Of a stretch of DNA of 64,000 nucleotides, positions 47,833 to 58,424 are shown one piece after another. The stretch is from an uncultured Nitrososphaerota archaeon (lineage in GTDB: Archaea; Thermoproteota; Nitrososphaeria; Nitrososphaerales; Gagatemarchaeaceae): positions 608,001 through 672,000 of the forward strand of contig CAWISW010000003.1 of assembly GCA_963838925.1 (NCBI GenBank), given 5' to 3'. The first letter of the stretch is position 1, and the number at the start of each line of letters is the position of its first letter. The translations under genes were made by a program, and so were the position numbers. The notes under the pieces were generated by a model, which was not told the DNA's origin, made no database searches, and worked only from the letters and a program-made list of their open reading frames with translations.

Positions 47833-48663
47833 TCAGGCCGCGGCCTGAGGCTTGACCGATGATGACGCCGCAGAGATTAGCGCAGGGAACGCCTTCGCCA
47901 CGGCGGCGATACCCAGTGACAACACTCCGGCAGCCGACGCGGCTGCAGAAGTCGACGTGCCGGGATAAGACGCTGCAATCGACCCTGATGCGAAGGCTAG
48001 GACGACCGCAATCGCGCCTAGAGCGCCCAGAAGCAGATCTTCAGTTGTCCGGGAGTTCTGAGAGGAAAGCCCTGCGTCAGCTGGACTTTTCTTCACCTTG
48101 TCCAACATCGCGCTTACCTTCGCGGTCAAGGACAAATCCGCCAGAGCTTTCACCACGAAGGCAGACCCCGTAAAGATGAGAAACCACTCAACGTCGTTGC
48201 CTACTACCGCTGTGGAGGGAGTAGACTTCCCGAGGAAGACGGTGAGAAGGGTGGGTATGATTCCCGCCAAGGTCAAGCCGAGGAGGGACAAGTCCCCCAG
48301 AAGCTCGTACGTGTCGATCTTCGGCGTTTGGTCACCCGGCTTGCCCTTTCGTACGAGGCTCGGATACTTTTCCTCGAGTTTGTCAATGGGGCCTCTGACT
48401 CTGTAGTGCACCGTGGCTATCAGAGACGGGATGGCCTTGCCAAGAGCCGCAACCACAAGGGCTCCCTCACCAAGATACACAGCCGTCGGAGTGGCGGCAG
48501 TAAGAAACGAACTGAAGCTCCCGGTCAGGAGCGAGCTCATCGTACCGACGAACCCTCCCACCGCCAGGAAACCGTCCTCACATGAGGTTAGGAACGCAAC
48601 TCTGTTGTCGGTGGATTCCGACCTCTTGCCAGTATGCTCCTTCGTCTCGAGAGCGGAAGCCAT
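47833..48663 (-). CDS. six-TM membrane protein with three internal two-TM repeats
   Basis: repeat ends AALGKAIPSL / AFVVKALADL / AAVAKAFPAL. Confidence 0.65.
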   Translation of the reverse strand: MASALETKEHTGKRSESTDNRVAFLTSCEDGFLAVGGFVGTMSSLLTGSFSSFLTAATPTAVYLGEGALVVAALGKAIPSLIATVHYRVRGPIDKLEEKYPSLVRKGKPGDQTPKIDTYELLGDLSLLGLTLAGIIPTLLTVFLGKSTPSTAVVGNDVEWFLIFTGSAFVVKALADLSLTAKVSAMLDKVKKSPADAGLSSQNSRTTEDLLLGALGAIAVVLAFASGSIAASYPGTSTSAAASAAGVLSLGIAAVAKAFPALISAASSSVKPQAAA

Positions 48664-48822
48664 CTGCTCACGGATTTAGGTGGCGGAACGAATGTAAGGT
48701 TTTCGAGTTTGGGGCAGCGACGGCCGGGACGCAGAGAGGCAATCCTTCCTCTACAATACCTAGATTGGAGATTCTGGTTCCATAAATATTCGGATAATCA
48801 AGAAGATTCAATTTAGTGACTC

Positions 48823-51316
48823 GTGTTGACAGCTTCTGCTCATCCCACCTCTGCATTTCTGGGACTCCGCCTAAAGCCAATCCTAATCGAGCTTGAGAAG
48901 GAGATCCAAAACCTCGAAGAGAAGACGTCTCCCTACAAGACATACGCAGCATATATTCAGCGAAAGGACAGAGCGGAATGTCTGAATGAAGTCAAGTCAC
49001 TTTTGAGAAGGATTCACGGTTTGCGCTCTCGGACATTCTTTGCAACTTGGAGGAATCGCACGGTGCTTCACTCTCTGCAGTCTAGGACATACGCTCTCAA
49101 GAATTTCCTCGAAGGTTATTGTTCAGAGTATGCGAGCGCCGAGGTCAATCGGAGGAAGGCGTTCTTCGACGAAGCTAGATTGGACGAAGAACAAAAAACC
49201 GCTGTAGTGAAGGACGAGTCCCACCATCTGGTCATTGCGGCGGCAGGTTCAGGCAAGACCCGAACTCTAACAGCGAGGATTGCCCTTCTGATTGAACGAG
49301 GAGTACCGCAAGAAAGAATCCTTGCTCTCACATACACCAACGCGGCTGTGGCCGAAATGACGTCCAGACTCAACTCCCAATACGGCATCAAGGCTAACGT
49401 GAACACGTTTCACTCCTTTTGTCATGACTTAGCCAAGGAATCACAGGACTTCAGAAGCGGGGTAGCGGGAGCAAAAGAGCACCAGTTCATTCGTCAAGCC
49501 GCTGAAAGGCTAGCGTCCAATAACAAAGATTTCGCGCTGAAGATGCTCAACTTTGCCGAGGAGTTCAAAAGAGCCGAGGAGAAGAAACAGCAAGAATTTC
49601 CGACCGCAGAAGAGTACTACAAGTACCTACGCCATCAGGAATACCAGACACTGAACCTAGTGCCTGTGAAGTCGATAGCTGAATGCGAGATAGGTAATTT
49701 TCTCTTCTTGCACGGTGTGCGGTTCGAGTACGAGGCTTCTGCGAAGTGGGCCGACAGAAGTCCTGCGTTCCGAGACTACCAACCCGATTTCTTTCTGCCC
49801 GACTACGGTCTCTATCTGGAGCATTGGGCCAGCGATAGAAAGGGGAGAGTTCCGGATTGGTTCTCGGACGGTGGCTCGGGAGACCCCTCGGAGCGATACC
49901 GGGAGGGGATGGAGTGGAAGAGAGACCAGTTCAAGAAGCAGAATCGACGACTGGTTGAGACCTTCCACTATCAAGTCGCAGAAGGTGATCTTCTACGCAA
50001 CCTTAGGATGCAGCTGGAGGCGAATGGTGTCATGCTCGCCGACCTCCCTATGGACGAGGTCATCAGACGAATCGACGGGGAAATTCGGCGCGATCCGCTT
50101 CATGAGATTGTCTTGTCCTTCATCAAGCGGGGGAAGACCAACGGGCTAGTGCCGTCCGACATTCAAGCCCGGCTTGAATCCGGCAACTGGACGAAGAAGC
50201 AGCGGGATTTCGCTTCCCTGATGGTGCTCATCTGGATAGAGTACGAGAACCTCCTCAGGGAGAGCAACATGCTTGATTTCAATGACATGGTGACTCTCGC
50301 CCTGCAGGTGGCTCGGAAGAAGGGGTCTGATCTGGCGAAGCAATATCCTCACATCCTTGTCGACGAGTTCCAAGACATCACCGACCCTCAACTCGAACTG
50401 ATACGATGCATCTCATCTGGGTCCGGGAACGGCGGAACCTTGTTCTGCGTGGGGGACCACAGACAAAACATCTTTTCTTTCGCCGGGTCAAACGTCAAGA
50501 ACATCCTCGAGTTCGATGAAAGCTTCCCAGACTCGGAGAGGACGCTGTTATCCACCAACTATCGATGCCCAAGCAACGTGGTCAGAGCTTCGAACCAGCT
50601 GATGGTCAGCCACCCAGGTGAAACGCCGGCAGTCCCAATGTCAACCGAGGTTCGTCCTATCCGTCTGATTCAGAAGAGCGACAATCTTCAGTACGACAAA
50701 TGGGAGGCGCAATCGGCAAGAACGCTGCTGAACGAGCTTCTCGAGACGAAGAAAGACGATGAGGACATCTTGGTCCTGGCTCGATACAATTTCCGCTATC
50801 AAGACTTAGATGTCTTTTGGCGAAGACGCTAAGCGCGGATTGGCGTTCGCGTCCATTCACGGAGCGAAGGGGATGGAGGCAGACTACGTTGTGCTTCTGG
50901 GGTGTGTTGGAGGCTTGTTCGGATTTCCCTCGGCAATCTTGGATGACGAACTCCTGGACATCGTGAGCAATCACAAGCAGGACACGAACGAGAAGCTGGA
51001 GGAGGAGAGGAGGCTGTTCTACGTCGCGCTGACTAGGTGTAGGAAGCAACTGTATATCTTCACCTCAGAGGTAGACAGGTCGCCGTTTCTTGCCGAGATT
51101 GACGAGCTTCGACACCGCGACGACGGCTATTGCATCAGGTCAGGTCATAGAATCCCGTTCAACAAAAGGGATCCGCTGTGCCCTAGCTGCCGTCGCACGT
51201 GGGATCGGTACAAGAGGAAGAACTATCCCGAGAAATGGTGTCACTCTTGCGGGGAGCCCGCTGAGACTTCTTTTGCCAGACCGTTGTGCATAAGATGTTG
51301 GCGGAAATCCAGATAG
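48823..51316 (+). pseudogene. UvrD/helicase IV-like SF1 helicase with nuclease-like insert and C-terminal Cys-rich domain, split by a +1 frameshift at TTTT 50815-50818
   Basis: AAAGSGKT, LVDEFQD, VGDHRQNIFSF, TNYRC in ORF 48823-50832; SIHGAKGMEAD and EERRLFYVALTR in ORF 50810-51316. Confidence 0.85.
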
Positions 51317-51365
51317 AACCGAAGTCGGTGACAAATAAATATCGGTGGATCCCTAAAAATGGTCA

Positions 51366-51812
51366 TTGGCCCATTTCGAGGGAATCACGGATGAGAAGGG
51401 AAGGGTCAGGTTCGACGACATGCCTCCTGGCATTTACACCGTGACGGTCGAGGCCGAAGGCTCCGAGCCTGTCGAAAGGAAGATCCAAGTGAAGTCTCCT
51501 GAGGACGACGTATCACTCAACATAAACCTGAAGCCAATAACCACTGGTTTCTTGGCTCTTCAGAACAAACGGCTCAGGGCGCTAATTCTGTCCTCCACGG
51601 ACATGCTAAGAGTGGGCGCGTACGTCAGCGAGAGCGAACGGCTGATCAAACTTTCGTCGCCCGGTCTCAGGAAGTACGCCACAAGTCAATTCGAAAAGAC
51701 GAGTGAGTCGGCCAGAAGGAGAATCGAAGAGCTGCGAAAGCTCGAGTCTTCCGTCTCGGTCGGAATTGGCCCAACTGGACTGAAGTTCTCTAAGAGAGTG
51801 AAGAAGCGGTAG
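51366..51812 (+). CDS. carboxypeptidase-regulatory-like beta-sandwich domain protein
   Basis: TDEKGRVRFDDMPPGIYTVTVEAEG. Confidence 0.65.
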   Translation: MAHFEGITDEKGRVRFDDMPPGIYTVTVEAEGSEPVERKIQVKSPEDDVSLNINLKPITTGFLALQNKRLRALILSSTDMLRVGAYVSESERLIKLSSPGLRKYATSQFEKTSESARRRIEELRKLESSVSVGIGPTGLKFSKRVKKR

Positions 51813-51876
51813 GGCATTCGGTCGCATCGAGCCGAGGCGGAAGCTGGTTGTCTTCTCAGAGGCCTGACGGAAGGTT

Positions 51877-53670
51877 CTAACGTTTGGTCTTGGGCGCAGG
51901 TTGAGCTGGGCCTGCCAGCTCTGATAGCTCTATTTTTGCCAGTATCTCTGCGGCCTTCCGAGCCAAGGCGGGGTTCTTGCTGCCATGGTGCCGGCTCAAT
52001 GCCCTTTGGAATCTTTTCACCTCATTACGGTGGAGCTTTCCTCTAAGTGCCGTATACTGATACCCTTCCTTGATGCTGGCCCAAGTACCCAGCTGAGATT
52101 CCAGCCTCGTCAGCCACTCAAACAGATCAGCGGCGGCTTCAAGCCTCGATTCTAGCACGATGGACTTCAATTGGCCGACCCGTTTGATTGCCCCCGCGTT
52201 CTGCTGCAACACTTCCGCCGCAGATGCCCATTTCAGCGTTGGCGTACTGAACCCAATGGTGAGGGTCCCCTGTGCACCCCCTTCTTCAATCTTGACCGAC
52301 AGCCGGGCGAGTGTGGCTTCAAGTCTCTCCTTCCATATCTTGCATCGCGAGGAATCTGCATAGGCCGAGTAGGTTGTCAGGGCACGGAGGCAAATCCCAA
52401 TCGCATCTGACGGTTTTTCGCTGAGCATGGAGTCTAGGTTGATTTGCTGGTCTATTTCTTCGACCTTGTCGATGTGGCTGCAGTCGAGGAAGTATTGCAG
52501 TTCGCTAATCCAGTAGTCTGGGACCTCTTGGCCCTCCATTTGCCTGTCTAGCCGATTTCTCTCCACTTGATAACCGAGTCTGACATATGGGAAGAATAGG
52601 GTCTTCAGATAGGGCAGGACTTTCTCGAATTCGTAGGGCAGGCAGATGGTCCGTCCGGCAAGCTCGGAATCTACCGGAAGCGAGAGGCCTAGTTGGTTGG
52701 GGCTCTCGTCAAGCACAACTCTCCGCTTGTCGTAATATCTCAGGCGAGTTTGGTAGACGTCGCGGCAATCGGGGCCCACCAGAATAAGAATGAACTGTCG
52801 ATTGCGGCGAGCCGCGTCCCAGAACACGCGTCTTATGTGGTCATCCCTGAACGAGTATCCTGCAACGGTAACGTTGCCGACGGACTCGAGCCGATTCTTG
52901 AGCTCCATCAAGAGTTCCTGCAGGGGTTCTTCATATTCCCACTTTCTCATGGGGTAAAGGATCAGGGTCTCTGCAGTCTCTCCGGTGATTAGCTCAGTTC
53001 TGGCGTTGAGGCTCGTGACCGGAATCTTCACGTAACTGCCCGTGTCGGTTCGATACCACATTATCGACCCATGGAGCTTGTAGAGTCTCACGTCCACATC
53101 GGTCCGCTCGAAGTTCTTTCTGTTCCACTCGAAGTCGAACCCGTCCACGTACCTCTTCTTGTTGACATTGCAGAGCTGCTCGACCGCGATGTCGTAGTTG
53201 ACGGAAAAGACATCTAACGGTTTGCCTCCTTTCTTGAAGCCGAAAAGAGGCTGCAGATAGGCGACTTTGCCAGGCGCTACCTCGCCTTTCTTCCGGATAA
53301 AGTTCCTCAGTTTCCCGCTCAGAATGCCCACTTCGACGGGGTCTAATGACTTTGATTCGGGGAGCCTGAGGAACCTAGCGAGGACGTCTTGGTCCAAGTT
53401 CGCTAGTCGCTCCATCGTCTCCAGGAGGAGCTCAACGTCCGCCCCGCCACTGATGCCTTCTTGCATGCCTCTCCAATCGCGGAGTACTCGAAGAATGTCC
53501 TCAAGGACACGCGTCTCGTGTTCATCGCTGAGAGTCGACTTGAACGCCTCTACGAAACCGAAGGTGGTTGGCACGCCTGCGGCAACCGATGCGCCCGCAC
53601 CCAAGAAGAAGATCTCGTCGTCTGTGTTTTGGCCGGACAAATGACCACTGCTTCTGCCCAAGGTTTCCAT
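51877..53670 (-). CDS. SIR2-family (SIR2_2) NADase-like defence protein
   Basis: FFLGAGAS..AGVP, FSVNYD, LYKLHGS, GYSFRDDHI; long helical C-terminus. Confidence 0.9.
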   Translation of the reverse strand: METLGRSSGHLSGQNTDDEIFFLGAGASVAAGVPTTFGFVEAFKSTLSDEHETRVLEDILRVLRDWRGMQEGISGGADVELLLETMERLANLDQDVLARFLRLPESKSLDPVEVGILSGKLRNFIRKKGEVAPGKVAYLQPLFGFKKGGKPLDVFSVNYDIAVEQLCNVNKKRYVDGFDFEWNRKNFERTDVDVRLYKLHGSIMWYRTDTGSYVKIPVTSLNARTELITGETAETLILYPMRKWEYEEPLQELLMELKNRLESVGNVTVAGYSFRDDHIRRVFWDAARRNRQFILILVGPDCRDVYQTRLRYYDKRRVVLDESPNQLGLSLPVDSELAGRTICLPYEFEKVLPYLKTLFFPYVRLGYQVERNRLDRQMEGQEVPDYWISELQYFLDCSHIDKVEEIDQQINLDSMLSEKPSDAIGICLRALTTYSAYADSSRCKIWKERLEATLARLSVKIEEGGAQGTLTIGFSTPTLKWASAAEVLQQNAGAIKRVGQLKSIVLESRLEAAADLFEWLTRLESQLGTWASIKEGYQYTALRGKLHRNEVKRFQRALSRHHGSKNPALARKAAEILAKIELSELAGPAQPAPKTKR

Positions 53671-53743
53671 CCTTATTATAGCAAATGCGCTAGGCGCTAT
53701 GGCGTCTAATTGCGCGAGCCGTGTGATTGCAGCGAGGCCGACA

Positions 53744-53920
53744 CTATGCAGTCCTGGATTCGTCTGTCCTCCTGCCTAGCTCACTGAGCACCTTCGAGAG
53801 GTCTAGGTCTTTGGACTTTGACGACTCGATGGTCGAGATGAGTTCATCCATGGGGGATTCGCCTTCAGAATCTTCCACAGGGCTAGCGTTCAACCCCAGT
53901 ATATGCGCCATATGGCCCAT
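53744..53920 (-). CDS. short hypothetical protein or gene fragment
   Basis: amphipathic MDELISTIESSKSKDLDLSKVLSEL; upstream of SIR2. Confidence 0.3.
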   Translation of the reverse strand: MGHMAHILGLNASPVEDSEGESPMDELISTIESSKSKDLDLSKVLSELGRRTDESRTA

Positions 53921-54047
53921 GGCCTCAGCTCGAGGTGCTTGACAAGCGGCAGATGGAACTTCCTTGTGGTCCCGGATTGCAGGTCTGCATAGAGCGGAAC
54001 GGGGTTCGTCAGGGAAACCACGCACTCGCCGAGGAGTTCCATCGGGC

Positions 54048-54341
54048 ATGCCTCTAGGCGGCCGGGTCTATGCCGCTCTTCACCAGATATCTGATCAAAA
54101 GAAACTCAAGGCCCACGTCATCTTCATAGTTGACAAGAATGGGAAGCTTGAAGGCGAAATAGCCGGGCCGGTAACGATTGGTGCTTGGTATTTGCCAAGA
54201 ATGAGGAAGAAGGAAGCTGCTCAGATAGTTCAGGATTACCTCAAAGAAGAATATCCCCACAAGAAGATTCAAGTTGAAGACATCAAGCTGTATTCTAGCA
54301 AGAAGGCAAATGAGCTATTGTTCAAGCTCGAGAACAAGTGA
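54048..54341 (+). CDS. hypothetical protein
   Basis: 97 aa, Lys/Glu-rich, directly upstream of the R-M gene. Confidence 0.55.
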   Translation: MPLGGRVYAALHQISDQKKLKAHVIFIVDKNGKLEGEIAGPVTIGAWYLPRMRKKEAAQIVQDYLKEEYPHKKIQVEDIKLYSSKKANELLFKLENK

Positions 54342-54383
54342 CCTCATGGGGGCATAAATTGTCGTTACGAAGATGTTATCAGC

Positions 54384-57300
54384 GTGACGTTTCCATTGCT
54401 GGAGGGCAGCCTATTGAATCCGGTGGAGAAGTACTTCCAAGATCTCCGAGATATTAGGTCAACCGGCGCAGCAGTGCCAGAAACATCGTACTACGGTGCT
54501 CTTGAATCTCTTCTAAACGAGATTGGACGGACAATGAACCCGAAAGTAAGGTGCGTCATTAACATTGCGAACAGAGGAGTCGGGATTCCCGATGGGGGGC
54601 TGTTTACTGAAAGTCAGTTTCAACGACTAGACTTGGGGAAACCGATGGGTGGACAGCTTCCTGAAAGAGGAGTTGTCGAAGTGAAACCGACTGGCGACGA
54701 TGCTTGGGTGACGAGTTCCGGAGAGCAGGTCACCAGATATTGGGGTGAATATGGCCTCGTTTTGGTTACCAACTACAGGGACTTCGTTTTGGTTGGTAGA
54801 GACTCCCAAGGCAGAGCAGAGCGACTCGAAACTTACCGCTTGGCGGACACCGAATCGGATTTCTGGGGAATGGTCGCACATCCAAAGAGAGCGGACAAAC
54901 AGCAAGGTGAGCGCTTAACCGAATACCTGAAACGAGTCCTATTGCATGCCGCTCCTATCACTTCTCCCGAGGATGTAGCATGGTTCCTTGCCTCCTATGC
55001 CAGAGATTCGAGGGCGAGAATCGAAGGGGCAGAACTACCATCACTCAACACAGTGCGTCAGGCTTTGGAGGATGCGCTTGGGCTCAAGTTTGAAGGCGAA
55101 AAGGGAGAACACTTCTTCAGGTCAACTTTGATACAGACTTTGTTCTACGGTGTCTTTTCTGCCTGGGTCTTATGGAGCAAAGACCTTTCACCCAATGACA
55201 ACTCATCGAGGTTTGATTGGCGAATAGCGGCGTGGTCTCTGCGAATACCAATGATAAGGGTCCTCTTCGAGCAGATTGCAACACCGCAGCTTGGCTCCTT
55301 GGGTTTGGTGGAGCCTTTGGATTGGGCTTCTGCGGTTCTTAACAGGGTAGATCGGCCGAGGTTCTTCAGCACTTTTGATCAAGGCTATGCCGTCCAATAC
55401 TTTTACGAGCCATTTCTAGAGCAGTTGGATCCAGAACTCAGAAAAACATTGGGAGTGTGGTACACTCCTCCAGAGATTGTAAAGTACATGGTTGCAAGGG
55501 TAGATACAGTTCTCCGACAAGAGCTCGACATTCCCGATGGCTTGGCGGACCCGAGAGTGGTGGTCCTTGATCCATGTTGCGGGACAGGCACTTATCTGAT
55601 TGAGGCAATACGACTAATCGCGCGTACTATCAAAGAGAAGCATGGAGACGCTCTAGCGCCTCAGGAAATCAAGAAAGCCGCAATGGAAAGAATCTATGGT
55701 TTTGAGATTCTTCCGGCGCCATTCATTGTAGCGCATTTGCAAATGGATCTCCTCCTTCAGCAGCTTCAAGCACCGTTCCTGCAAGAAAAGTCTGAGCGCG
55801 CGTCAATCTACCTGACGAATGCGTTGACGGGTTGGACGTCCCAAGAGGAAGCCTCGCACCAAGCGTTCTTCCCCGAACTTGAGAAGGAGAGATCCGCCTC
55901 AGAAGGCGTAAAGCGCGCGAGACCTATTCTGGTCGTGCTAGGAAACCCGCCATACGATGCGTTCGCTGGGGTGAGTTCCGCTGAGGAAGACCACGTAGTT
56001 GATTTGTACAAGGAAGGTCTGAACGAACCAGTAAGCAGAGGTGGATGGGGAATCAAGAAGTTCAACCTCGATGACTTGTACATCCGTTTTTTCAGAATCG
56101 CAGAGCGGCGCATCGTTGACGGAGAGCCGGGCTACGGGATAGTCTGCTTCATCTCAAATTTCTCCTTCCTCAGAAGAGACTCTTATGTCGTTATGCGTCA
56201 AAGATTTGCGAAGGAGTTCGACTCAGTTTGGCTTGACTGCATGAATGGTGACAGCAGAGAGACTGGGAAACTTACTCCGGACGGCGGCTCTGACCCATCG
56301 GTTTTCTCAACGGATTATCATCCTGTCGGTATTCGTGTGGGTACAGTCATCTCCTTGTTCGCTCGGAAACCTCAAAGGAGCGAGAAGATGTCCATTCGGT
56401 ATCGAGACTTTTGGGGAGTCGCGAAGAGAGCAGACTTGCTGAAGAGTCTTCAGGTTGCAGACTTTGATAAGCAGTACGAGCAGATTCAGCCCTCGAAACA
56501 GAATCGTTACTTGTTCCACCCGACGGCCGAAGGGGGAAGATACGAACACTGGCCCAAGCTCACAGACTTGAGCAGAGAAGCACCGATTAACGGGCTAATG
56601 GAGAAACGAGGAGGAGGGCTTATAGACATTGATCGGACCAAGATTGAGGAAAGAATGCAGAGATACTTCGACAAGAATGTCGATTGGGACACATTCGTGT
56701 TAGGGAACTCCAAGCTCACCGAAAATGCAGCCGGATTCACAGCAAAAGAGGTCCGTCAGAAGCTGCTCAATTCCGAGCAATATCAGGCCGAACGAGTGGT
56801 GCCATACGCTCTCCGACCGTATGATACAAGATGGTGCTACTATAGCAGCGTGAATCCCTTGTGGAATAGGTCGAGACCCAAGCTTTGGGGCCAATATCGG
56901 AAAAAGAATGGATTTGTAATGTCACGTCCAACGGGGGTGGCTAGTCCTGAAGGGATTCCTTTCTTTTTTACGCGGCTACTTGGCGATAACGATTTCCTAC
57001 GAGGCCATGCCTACTACATCCCGATTAAGCTCTTTCAAGATGAGGGCGATGGCTCCACACTCTTTCCCAAGGCTCAATCTGGGCTGGATTGGGAGGCCAA
57101 TCTCTCGCCCAAGGCAATCAGCTACCTTATGGATTTGGGAATAGCAAGCCTCGAAGATGAAGACTCCGCAAGTCTTGTTTGGATGCACGTACTTGCGATT
57201 GGTTTCTCACCTAGTTACTTGCTAGAAAACGAAGACGGCATCCGTAGAGATTGGCCAAGAATTCCTATGCCTCAATCAAAGGAGCTACTTGCGTCCTCTG

Positions 57301-57932
57301 CTCTCATGGGCAAGAGGATAGCTGACCTTCTGGATTCCAAATCGGTCGATGGTGTGAATTCAGGCCAAATCAAGCAGGAGTTGAGTATCATCGGTTCTGT
57401 TTCGAGAAAGGATGAAGGGGCAATCGATTTGAACGCCGGAGACCTTGATGTCACCGCGCATTGGGGAAGTATCGGAAAGGATGGTGCTGTCATGCCGGGA
57501 CCTGGGATTGTCGTCTGGCGAAACTACGCTGAGGATGAACTCAAACAACTGGCGAATGGCGCCATCCTTCTTGGAATGTCATTGAGAGAGATTACAGATC
57601 TCCTCGGGCCGAGAGTGCTAGATGTCTATCTCAATGAGAATGTCTTTTGGAGCGGGATTCCTGAAAAAGTGTGGGGCTTCACCATTGGTGGCTATCAAGT
57701 GCTAAAGAAGTGGCTTAGCTATCGAGAAAAGAGAGTCCTTGGCCGAGGACTCAGCGTAGATGAGGCACGCGAGGTTACAGTGATCGCACGCCGCATTGCG
57801 TCACTCGTATTGATGCATCCGTCGCTGAATGAGAATTACACGCTGAGCAAGAACTCTGCCGTCGACTGGCTAAATACTTCTGAGAGCATTGGCGCGAGAG
57901 ACTTGCCTTCATCACTTGGGGCTATCTCCTAA
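54384..57932 (+). CDS. single-chain restriction-modification enzyme (type IIG / type ISP-like, no helicase)
   Basis: PD..EVK nuclease; GVWYTP, LDPCCGTG, GNPPY; ISP-like C-terminus YALRPYD, IGGYQVLKKWLSYR. Confidence 0.9.
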   Translation: MTFPLLEGSLLNPVEKYFQDLRDIRSTGAAVPETSYYGALESLLNEIGRTMNPKVRCVINIANRGVGIPDGGLFTESQFQRLDLGKPMGGQLPERGVVEVKPTGDDAWVTSSGEQVTRYWGEYGLVLVTNYRDFVLVGRDSQGRAERLETYRLADTESDFWGMVAHPKRADKQQGERLTEYLKRVLLHAAPITSPEDVAWFLASYARDSRARIEGAELPSLNTVRQALEDALGLKFEGEKGEHFFRSTLIQTLFYGVFSAWVLWSKDLSPNDNSSRFDWRIAAWSLRIPMIRVLFEQIATPQLGSLGLVEPLDWASAVLNRVDRPRFFSTFDQGYAVQYFYEPFLEQLDPELRKTLGVWYTPPEIVKYMVARVDTVLRQELDIPDGLADPRVVVLDPCCGTGTYLIEAIRLIARTIKEKHGDALAPQEIKKAAMERIYGFEILPAPFIVAHLQMDLLLQQLQAPFLQEKSERASIYLTNALTGWTSQEEASHQAFFPELEKERSASEGVKRARPILVVLGNPPYDAFAGVSSAEEDHVVDLYKEGLNEPVSRGGWGIKKFNLDDLYIRFFRIAERRIVDGEPGYGIVCFISNFSFLRRDSYVVMRQRFAKEFDSVWLDCMNGDSRETGKLTPDGGSDPSVFSTDYHPVGIRVGTVISLFARKPQRSEKMSIRYRDFWGVAKRADLLKSLQVADFDKQYEQIQPSKQNRYLFHPTAEGGRYEHWPKLTDLSREAPINGLMEKRGGGLIDIDRTKIEERMQRYFDKNVDWDTFVLGNSKLTENAAGFTAKEVRQKLLNSEQYQAERVVPYALRPYDTRWCYYSSVNPLWNRSRPKLWGQYRKKNGFVMSRPTGVASPEGIPFFFTRLLGDNDFLRGHAYYIPIKLFQDEGDGSTLFPKAQSGLDWEANLSPKAISYLMDLGIASLEDEDSASLVWMHVLAIGFSPSYLLENEDGIRRDWPRIPMPQSKELLASSALMGKRIADLLDSKSVDGVNSGQIKQELSIIGSVSRKDEGAIDLNAGDLDVTAHWGSIGKDGAVMPGPGIVVWRNYAEDELKQLANGAILLGMSLREITDLLGPRVLDVYLNENVFWSGIPEKVWGFTIGGYQVLKKWLSYREKRVLGRGLSVDEAREVTVIARRIASLVLMHPSLNENYTLSKNSAVDWLNTSESIGARDLPSSLGAIS

Positions 57933-58038
57933 TCCGCGCTCAACATCGCCGTGTAATGGATTCGACCTCTGTGTCGAAAAAATGTATTCTCTCTCCATTT
58001 ACCACCGCTGGGTTGTATCATGTTTAGGTAATCCAATT

Positions 58039-58245
58039 ATGGGACGAAGAATGGTGCTGTTCGGATTCTGGTTGGTCGGCTATGCTCTGGGCTTCTTCGC
58101 TTGGCTTGTGAGGGCGCCAGTCATCACTTGGGTCATGACCCTCGGTATCAGCGCGGACGTGGCAGGCGCGATGATCACGGGGTTCGCGAGTTCCGTCGTG
58201 ATGCTGGTCGGAGTTATGCTCTGGAGCTTTCTGTCTAAACAGTAG
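58039..58245 (+). CDS. small two-TM membrane protein
   Basis: 68 aa, two hydrophobic helices. Confidence 0.6.
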   Translation: MGRRMVLFGFWLVGYALGFFAWLVRAPVITWVMTLGISADVAGAMITGFASSVVMLVGVMLWSFLSKQ

Positions 58246-58424
58246 CTCCGCCATTATCCACTAAGCAATTCGCCAGCTTCAGAATCGCATCGAGCATCCA
58301 TGGAGATGCTCTAATCCAGTTTGCTTCATCTATTGCCAGGATGTCGCAGGAAATGGCAACCCCATCGCACGTAAAACATTATAACTATACGGAGGAGGGA
58401 GCGTTTTGAAAGCAGGAATAGGCC

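Larger units (their letters stand above)
47833..57932. mobile_element. AT-richer defence island (boundaries approximate; no integrase seen)
   Basis: visible switch to A/T-ending codons; helicase-nuclease, SIR2 and R-M cargo. Confidence 0.7.

Noticed and set aside
51822-58295. 11-bp direct repeat TCGCATCGAGC flanking the SIR2/R-M block
   Set aside because: Short enough to arise by chance in 64 kb; no other attachment-site evidence.
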